This document shows positions 58,622 to 64,000 of a stretch of DNA of 64,000 nucleotides, piece by piece; within the stretch, counting starts at the first letter, position 1, and every line of letters begins with the position of its first letter. A program made the position numbers and the translations under genes. This stretch comes from Alkalispirochaeta sp. (lineage in GTDB: Bacteria; Spirochaetota; Spirochaetia; DSM-27196; Alkalispirochaetaceae), in the NCBI GenBank assembly GCA_965601925.1, contig OZ271854.1, positions 1,376,001-1,440,000 of the forward strand, in the 5' to 3' direction. The notes under the pieces were generated by a model that saw nothing but the letters and a program-made list of their open reading frames with translations, was not told the DNA's origin and ran no database searches.

Positions 58622-59635
58622 TTAGAAGTTGTACTGATCCATGTTCTCTACGGTCACATCGACCCACGCCGAGCCGTAGAAGAGGTTGGGTTTATCGGGA
58701 TCTTGGCGCAGACTCTCATAGCCGGCAAGGCCGAGGTCCGTGCCGTTACCGATCGTCTCTCCGTTGAGGAGACGGACGGCGATCTCGTTCATCGCCATTC
58801 CGGCGACGGCGGGATCCCAGAAGGCGATCATATCGGTGGCGCCGCTTTCCAGATACTGGCCGGCGACCGACACGAGACTGGTACCGACAACGACGACCTG
58901 ATCCTGAAGCCCACGCTCTTCAACCGCGAGACCGGCGCCGGGAGCGGTCGTCATGGCGCTGCCTTGAATACCGCGGATATCGGGGTGCGCGGTCAAAAGC
59001 TCGAGCGTCCTCTCGTAGGCCGTCTGCAGATCGTCGAACTCTTCGATCTTGTTTTCCACGAGCGTCATGTTGGGGAAGTTCGCCTCTTGATAGGCAACCG
59101 CCGCGTCGACCCACTCGTTGTGACTCTTGGACTGGAGGCTTCCGACGAAGGTCGCATACGGTCCCTCACCGCCCATGCGATCGGCGAGGTTCTGCATCAA
59201 GTGCTCTCCGTAACTCGCGTTATCGAACGCCTCGATGATGGCGTCCGCATTTTCCTGCGTTGACGCCTCGTGGCTGACGACGATGATGCCTTCCTGGCGC
59301 GCCCGGGCGAGAACCGGCTCTACCGCCTCGACGGAGAACGGCACGATGGTAATGGCATCGACGCCCTGCGCGATGAGATCCTCGACAATCCGCACCTGTT
59401 CGGCGGCGTCGGCCTGGGACGGACCGAGAAGGAACGTATCGTGACCCGTTTCGGCCCCATACTCCTCGACTCCCACACGCATGCGGTCAAACCACGCGAT
59501 ACCGTCGACCTTCACGACGGTTGCGATCGTATAGGTCTGGTCGCCCGCATCGACTTGTTCTTCTTGCCCGCCGGCAAAGAGCATTCCGCCCGAAAGTACC
59601 AACAGAATAGCGAAGAGAGAGCATACCTTCTTCAT
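58622..59635 (-). CDS. Sugar ABC transporter substrate-binding protein (LsrB/RhaS-like)
   Basis: FAGGQEE signal, TVVKVDGIAWFDRM, EDLIAQGVDAI, FWDP..AG. Confidence 0.9.
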   Translation of the reverse strand: MKKVCSLFAILLVLSGGMLFAGGQEEQVDAGDQTYTIATVVKVDGIAWFDRMRVGVEEYGAETGHDTFLLGPSQADAAEQVRIVEDLIAQGVDAITIVPFSVEAVEPVLARARQEGIIVVSHEASTQENADAIIEAFDNASYGEHLMQNLADRMGGEGPYATFVGSLQSKSHNEWVDAAVAYQEANFPNMTLVENKIEEFDDLQTAYERTLELLTAHPDIRGIQGSAMTTAPGAGLAVEERGLQDQVVVVGTSLVSVAGQYLESGATDMIAFWDPAVAGMAMNEIAVRLLNGETIGNGTDLGLAGYESLRQDPDKPNLFYGSAWVDVTVENMDQYNF

Positions 59636-59674
59636 AAAAACCTCCTTAAAGGATTTAATATGCTTCTGGTGGTC

Positions 59675-59702
59675 AGTGTAACATGACGCGGCTTCGTGTC
59701 AA
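59675..59702 (-). promoter_or_regulatory. Sigma70 promoter of the sugar ABC operon
   Basis: TTGACA-16 nt-TACACT with an extended TG. Palindrome TTAAAggaTTTAA at 59646-59658 next to the RBS. Confidence 0.6.
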
Positions 59703-59897
59703 CAAAAAATGAAAATAATGCTTATAAATACCGCTTGCGACGGCGTCCACGCGCCGAAAATCTAAATCGCGAGCTAAAAACACTTATACTCGTCTATGAA
59801 TCACCTCTATACGACGACCTCGTTCCCGACACCAACTTAATTTTTTTAGTTTTTTAATTGACAGATGTAAAGAGCGGGCATAGGGTATAAGGGACTT

Positions 59898-60950
59898 ATG
59901 GGCACTCGGATAAAAGACATCGCCGAACGAGCGGACGTCTCGATCGCCACCGTATCCCTGGTACTCAACAACAAACCGGGCGTGGGGCAAACGACGCGCC
60001 GTCGAGTACTGGAGATCGCCGAGGAGCTCAACTACTATCAGCGGGGAAATGCGATCACGACCGATCGCGGAACCATCCGATTTCTCAAAATCGCTCGCCA
60101 CGGCCATACGGTTAATCGTGACCACAACGTCTTCATATCCGATTACATCGACGGTATCGTACAGACTGCAAAGGAACTGCGCTACAAGACGGAAATTACC
60201 TCCTTTCAAACGACGCCGATAGAAAAGGTGGCCGACAGCATCCGTCATCAGCACGATCTGAGCGGCGCGATTGTGCTCGGGACCGAGCTTAGCCGGTCTG
60301 ATGTCGCGACGTTCCACAACGTGCCGATTCCGCTGGTCTTCATCGATACTTTTCTCGACTATACTCCCTTCGATTTCGTCGACATGAATAACGAGGATTC
60401 GGTCTTCAGAGTAATCGAGCATTTCCTCGAAAAAGGTCACGCAGAGATCGGCATCGTCCGATCGAGTGTGAAGACGCGCAACTTCTGGCTGCGCGATACG
60501 GCGTTCCAGGCGGCAATGCGTTTCATGGGCCGCCCCATCGAGTCGCAGTTCTCCTTCGATGTCGACTCCACCTTCGACGGCGCGTACTACGATATGAAAG
60601 ACCATCTGCACTCCGGCGCGGTGCTCCCCACGGCGCTTTTTTGCACGAACGACATCATCGCCTTCGGTGTGCTGAAAGCGCTGCGGGAGGCGGGTGCGCG
60701 CGTTCCCGACGACGTGTCGATCATCGGGTTTGACGACTTGCCCGCCTCGGCGCTCCTCGATCCGCCGCTCACCAGCATCGCGGTGTCGAAGCGTGAGATC
60801 GGAAGTACGGCGATGAGCCGTCTCGTACAACGTATCAACGAGCCGTCGATGCCGCCGGTAAAGACGGTCATCGGCGGAACGTTCATGGAGCGATCGAGTG
60901 TGCGTGAACTGGGACCGCCGATCGCCGTTGATTTGAAGCGGACCGACTAA
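59898..60950 (+). CDS. LacI-family transcriptional regulator
   Basis: IKDIAERADVSIATVSLVLN, ALFCTNDIIAFG, VPDDVSIIGFDD, PPLTSI. Confidence 0.95.
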   Translation: MGTRIKDIAERADVSIATVSLVLNNKPGVGQTTRRRVLEIAEELNYYQRGNAITTDRGTIRFLKIARHGHTVNRDHNVFISDYIDGIVQTAKELRYKTEITSFQTTPIEKVADSIRHQHDLSGAIVLGTELSRSDVATFHNVPIPLVFIDTFLDYTPFDFVDMNNEDSVFRVIEHFLEKGHAEIGIVRSSVKTRNFWLRDTAFQAAMRFMGRPIESQFSFDVDSTFDGAYYDMKDHLHSGAVLPTALFCTNDIIAFGVLKALREAGARVPDDVSIIGFDDLPASALLDPPLTSIAVSKREIGSTAMSRLVQRINEPSMPPVKTVIGGTFMERSSVRELGPPIAVDLKRTD

Positions 60951-61040
60951 ACGGACACGTAGAGCCGCAGGATCGATACACCGCTTCGTCCGGCGGCATC
61001 CGACCGCGGCGACGCGGCGTAATCCCGCAAAGGAGTCGCT

Positions 61041-62021
61041 ATGATCAAGTATTCAGTCATTCTCGGAAATCTCGGCAATACCAACGATCGTTTTCTTTCG
61101 ACCGGCTACAAGGACCAGCCGCCCAAAGATGAGATGATCCGTCGCGCCGCCGCGATTCAAGGTGTAACCGGTATCGAGCTGGTGGGTAGCTGGGATATCA
61201 CGGCGGAGAACGCCGATCGCATGAAGGAAACCCTTGCCGAGAACGGTCTCGCGTGCGTCTCCATCATTCCCGATATCTTCGGGCACAAGATGTGGGGAAC
61301 GGGCAGCTTTGCCGCCAAGGATCAGGCGACTCGAAAACGGGCGATTCAAGCGACGGTAGAGGCGGCGAGCATCGCGGAACGAATCGGCTGCCCAATGCTC
61401 AACATCTGGCCCGGTCAAGACGGATACGACTACTCGCTTCAGGCCGATTTTCGCACCGAGCGGCGCTGGTTTACCGAGGGAGTTCGCGAGACGGCGCGAC
61501 AGTTTCCCGACCTTCGATTCGCGTTGGAGTACAAACCGAAGGAGCCCCGGACGCACTCCTACCTGGCCCGCGCCGCCGACGCACTTCTCGTAGCCGAGGA
61601 TACGGGTTTGGATAACGTCGGCGTCTGTATCGATGTCGGCCACGCCCTCTACGCCTATGAGAACGTCGCGGAATCGATCGTGATTCTCCAGGAGCGGGGC
61701 GAGCGGCTCTTTCACATGCACTTCAACGATAACTACCGCTACTGGGACGACGACATGATCGTAGGCAGCGTCCACCTCGTCGAGTACATCGAGATGCTCT
61801 TCTGGCTTCGAGAGACGGGCTATGACGGGTGGTACTCCATGGATCAGTACCCGTATCGCGAAGACGGCGCCGGAGCGATCGATGCCAGCGTGCAGTTCCT
61901 ACGCAGCCTCGAGCGGCTGCTCGACGATGCGACGATGAATGAGATCCGGGGACTGATCGGGCGCGGCGACCCGATCGAGGCGTCGCACTGGCTGCGCAAG
62001 AAGATCCTCCCGCAGCCGTAA
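61041..62021 (+). CDS. Xylose isomerase/L-rhamnose isomerase-like TIM-barrel sugar isomerase
   Basis: WPGQDG.DY, LEYKPKEPR, IDVGHA, HFNDN, WDDD, MDQYP metal-binding motifs. Confidence 0.82.
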   Translation: MIKYSVILGNLGNTNDRFLSTGYKDQPPKDEMIRRAAAIQGVTGIELVGSWDITAENADRMKETLAENGLACVSIIPDIFGHKMWGTGSFAAKDQATRKRAIQATVEAASIAERIGCPMLNIWPGQDGYDYSLQADFRTERRWFTEGVRETARQFPDLRFALEYKPKEPRTHSYLARAADALLVAEDTGLDNVGVCIDVGHALYAYENVAESIVILQERGERLFHMHFNDNYRYWDDDMIVGSVHLVEYIEMLFWLRETGYDGWYSMDQYPYREDGAGAIDASVQFLRSLERLLDDATMNEIRGLIGRGDPIEASHWLRKKILPQP

Positions 62022-62153
62022 CCCGAGAAATCGTCGCCGTACGTTCGTCGCCACCGCAACTTCGATATCGCTTATCCCGCGCTTCGTTACGTATGGTATC
62101 GCACGCCCGTCTCCCGCGACGGGACAACCGCCGGTACCGACTCGAGGCGGTCC

Positions 62154-63695
62154 CTACTCCACCGTGCGCACCAAGTCGCGCGACAGATCCTTGAGCGCTT
62201 CGTAGGTCGCTTCGTACTGATCCACGTAGACTCGGTACCTTTCGGTGACGGCCGGATCGGGTTCGATAGTGTGGGCGAAACGTACCATCGCTCCGGCGGC
62301 CTCCTGCAGTGATCCGAACACGCCTGCGGCCACGGTGCCGGCAATGGCGCTTCCCAAAGAGACCGCCTGTTGCTCCTCGGGGATAACGATCGGTTTTCCG
62401 GTTATGTCGGCGTGGAGCCGCATCCACAGTTCGCTCCGGGTCGCTCCGCCGGAGGCTATCATCTCTCCGACGGCAAAACCGTGCTCCTCCATACGTCGCA
62501 GTATCACCGCCGTACCGTACACGACCCCCTCCATGATCGCCCGATAGATGTGCGCCGGACCGTGTCTGAGGGTGAGACCCCGAATGACACCGCGAGAGGC
62601 GGCATCCACCCACGGCGTGCGATTTCCCTGCCAGTGTTCCAGAACGACCAACCCTTCGCTCCCCGGTGGAAGCGCTGCGGCTTGCGGGTTGAGCACATCG
62701 TAGATTGAACCGCCGCGCCGAGCGGCCTCCTCGGTGAGGTCCGCACCGATGAAGTTGGAGACAAACCATTTGAGTACCGAGCCGGTCGATATCTGTCCCG
62801 CCTCCACCACATCGTAGCCGGGAATCACCGCGTCGGGAAAACTACCGAAGAGCCCCGGAGCGTGGAGCTCCTTGTCCGTGAGGCCCAGATGAAGCTGGCT
62901 ACTGCCGGTGATGAGCGCCACCTGCCCGGGCTTGAGGGCATTCACGCCGATGACGCCCATGTAGGCGTCCGCACCACCGGCGGCAACCGGTATTCCGGCG
63001 GGAAGTCCCGTCTTTTCCGCCATCTCACGACTCACCGTGCCGGCCACCTCTCCAATGTCGAGTACGCGCGTCGGAAGTTTCGGAAAAATATCGCCGAGAC
63101 CGATCTTTTCATAGAGTGAAGTGGGAAATCCGCCCTCGCGGCGGTTATAAAACCAACGGATCGTCGTGGTGTTGATGTTGGCGGTTATTTCCCCGGTGAG
63201 TCGGTACACGAGCCAGTCGGTGTGCTCAAAGATCGTACCGGCACGATCGTATACCTCGGGTTCGTGGCGTTTGATCCACAAGGTCTTGCAGGGAAACCAT
63301 TCGGCGCTGACCTTACGAAACCCGACATACTTGAGCGCGGGATCTCCGCACCGGCCGATCTCGTCGGCCTCGGCGGCACTACGGATATCCATCCACATGA
63401 TTGCATCACGCAGCGGTCGCCCCGCCTCATCCAGAAAAACCACCGTGCAACTCGTACCGTCGACGCCGACGGCTCGAATGTCGGTGCCGTCGACACCGCT
63501 CTTTCGTATCGCGGTACCGATCGCTTCTACGAGAGAGGCGTCCCACTGGGCGATCGATTGCTCGGCCCATGCCGGTTTCTCGTGAATGTTGGTGTTTGCG
63601 CTCACTCCGAAGGCGATGCAGCGTCCCGTCTCGTCGTAAATACCGGCGCGCACGCTCTCGGTGCCCGCGTCGATGCCAAGTACGTATCCGGCCAT
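62154..63695 (-). CDS. FGGY-family carbohydrate kinase (ribulokinase/xylulokinase-like)
   Basis: LGIDAGTESVRA, DGTSCT, WMDIR, GGADA, TGSS, EAGQ, QGNRTP, GGATRS..W....AD. Confidence 0.92.
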   Translation of the reverse strand: MAGYVLGIDAGTESVRAGIYDETGRCIAFGVSANTNIHEKPAWAEQSIAQWDASLVEAIGTAIRKSGVDGTDIRAVGVDGTSCTVVFLDEAGRPLRDAIMWMDIRSAAEADEIGRCGDPALKYVGFRKVSAEWFPCKTLWIKRHEPEVYDRAGTIFEHTDWLVYRLTGEITANINTTTIRWFYNRREGGFPTSLYEKIGLGDIFPKLPTRVLDIGEVAGTVSREMAEKTGLPAGIPVAAGGADAYMGVIGVNALKPGQVALITGSSQLHLGLTDKELHAPGLFGSFPDAVIPGYDVVEAGQISTGSVLKWFVSNFIGADLTEEAARRGGSIYDVLNPQAAALPPGSEGLVVLEHWQGNRTPWVDAASRGVIRGLTLRHGPAHIYRAIMEGVVYGTAVILRRMEEHGFAVGEMIASGGATRSELWMRLHADITGKPIVIPEEQQAVSLGSAIAGTVAAGVFGSLQEAAGAMVRFAHTIEPDPAVTERYRVYVDQYEATYEALKDLSRDLVRTVE

Positions 63696-63928
63696 GCGAG
63701 GATTGTACCACGACGCGCCGTCGAGGCAACGTGACGCCGCCGTTCACGGCTCATCACGTCTCACGACGTGTCAGCGAGCCGGTCTTGCGCACACATATCA
63801 CGATGCGAGACGCATTGTGCGACCGTTTTGTTCGACTTTCTTCAGCCGATTCACTATTCTTGTGTATAGGATCAGTTGGGGCTTCGTGAGCCGGCTCGTA
63901 CGGGACACCTTTTCCGATCTTAGGTTCG

Positions 63929-63958
63929 AAGACCGCACCGTTATCGGGCGGTCTTTTT
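63929..63958 (+). terminator. Intrinsic terminator with no upstream + strand CDS
   Basis: AAGACCGC-A-CCG-TTAT-CGG-GCGGTCTT followed by TTT. Confidence 0.7.
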
Positions 63959-64000
63959 ATATGCACCGCGATCCACTATGCTCTCAATGCTATGATTGAC

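Noticed and set aside
54957..63695. Canonical Lsr AI-2 quorum-sensing system
   Set aside because: The SBP is LsrB-like, but there is no lsrF or lsrG and the local regulator is LacI rather than LsrR. AI-2 binding is not excluded but is unsupported.

Overview
GC-rich (by eye roughly 60-65%) bacterial chromosomal segment, probably from a free-living spirochaete. This is inferred from the 'FAGGQEE'/'WAGGGRED' N-termini of the solute-binding proteins, the fused PyrBI and acidic exported proteins. From left to right it holds: (1) a partial glycerate kinase gene and a PTS-dependent dihydroxyacetone kinase operon (dhaK-dhaL-dhaM, with DhaM fused to HPr and a complete Enzyme I) plus a divergent SorC-type regulator; (2) a pyrimidine operon with two fusions (pyrBI, pyrE, pyrF, pyrD-pyrK), with pyrC cut off by three opposite-strand genes, and a 5' leader resembling the E. 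coli pyrBI UTP-sensing design (AAUUU start, uORF, intrinsic terminator); (3) a patch of small accessory genes with an IS630 remnant truncating a TetR gene; (4) an ~18 kb GntR-controlled sugar-acid catabolic island (NanA-like aldolase, PfkB kinase, Zn-ADH, VOC, three SDRs, class II aldolase, Opp-type ABC importer, Asp-box beta-propeller hydrolase, transaldolase-like enzyme) bracketed by a duplicated arginase-like/exported-protein pair; (5) a B12 radical SAM gene, an ECF sigma/anti-sigma module and a fatty acid desaturase; (6) a second, LacI-controlled sugar locus (ABC importer, DhaK/DhaL paralogues without DhaM, AllA-like cupin, aldo-keto reductase, xylose-isomerase-like enzyme, FGGY kinase); (7) a possible orphan small RNA or attenuator at the right edge. 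No rRNA, tRNA, CRISPR array, intact mobile element or defence system was recognised. All calls come from motif reading only; no database search was run.
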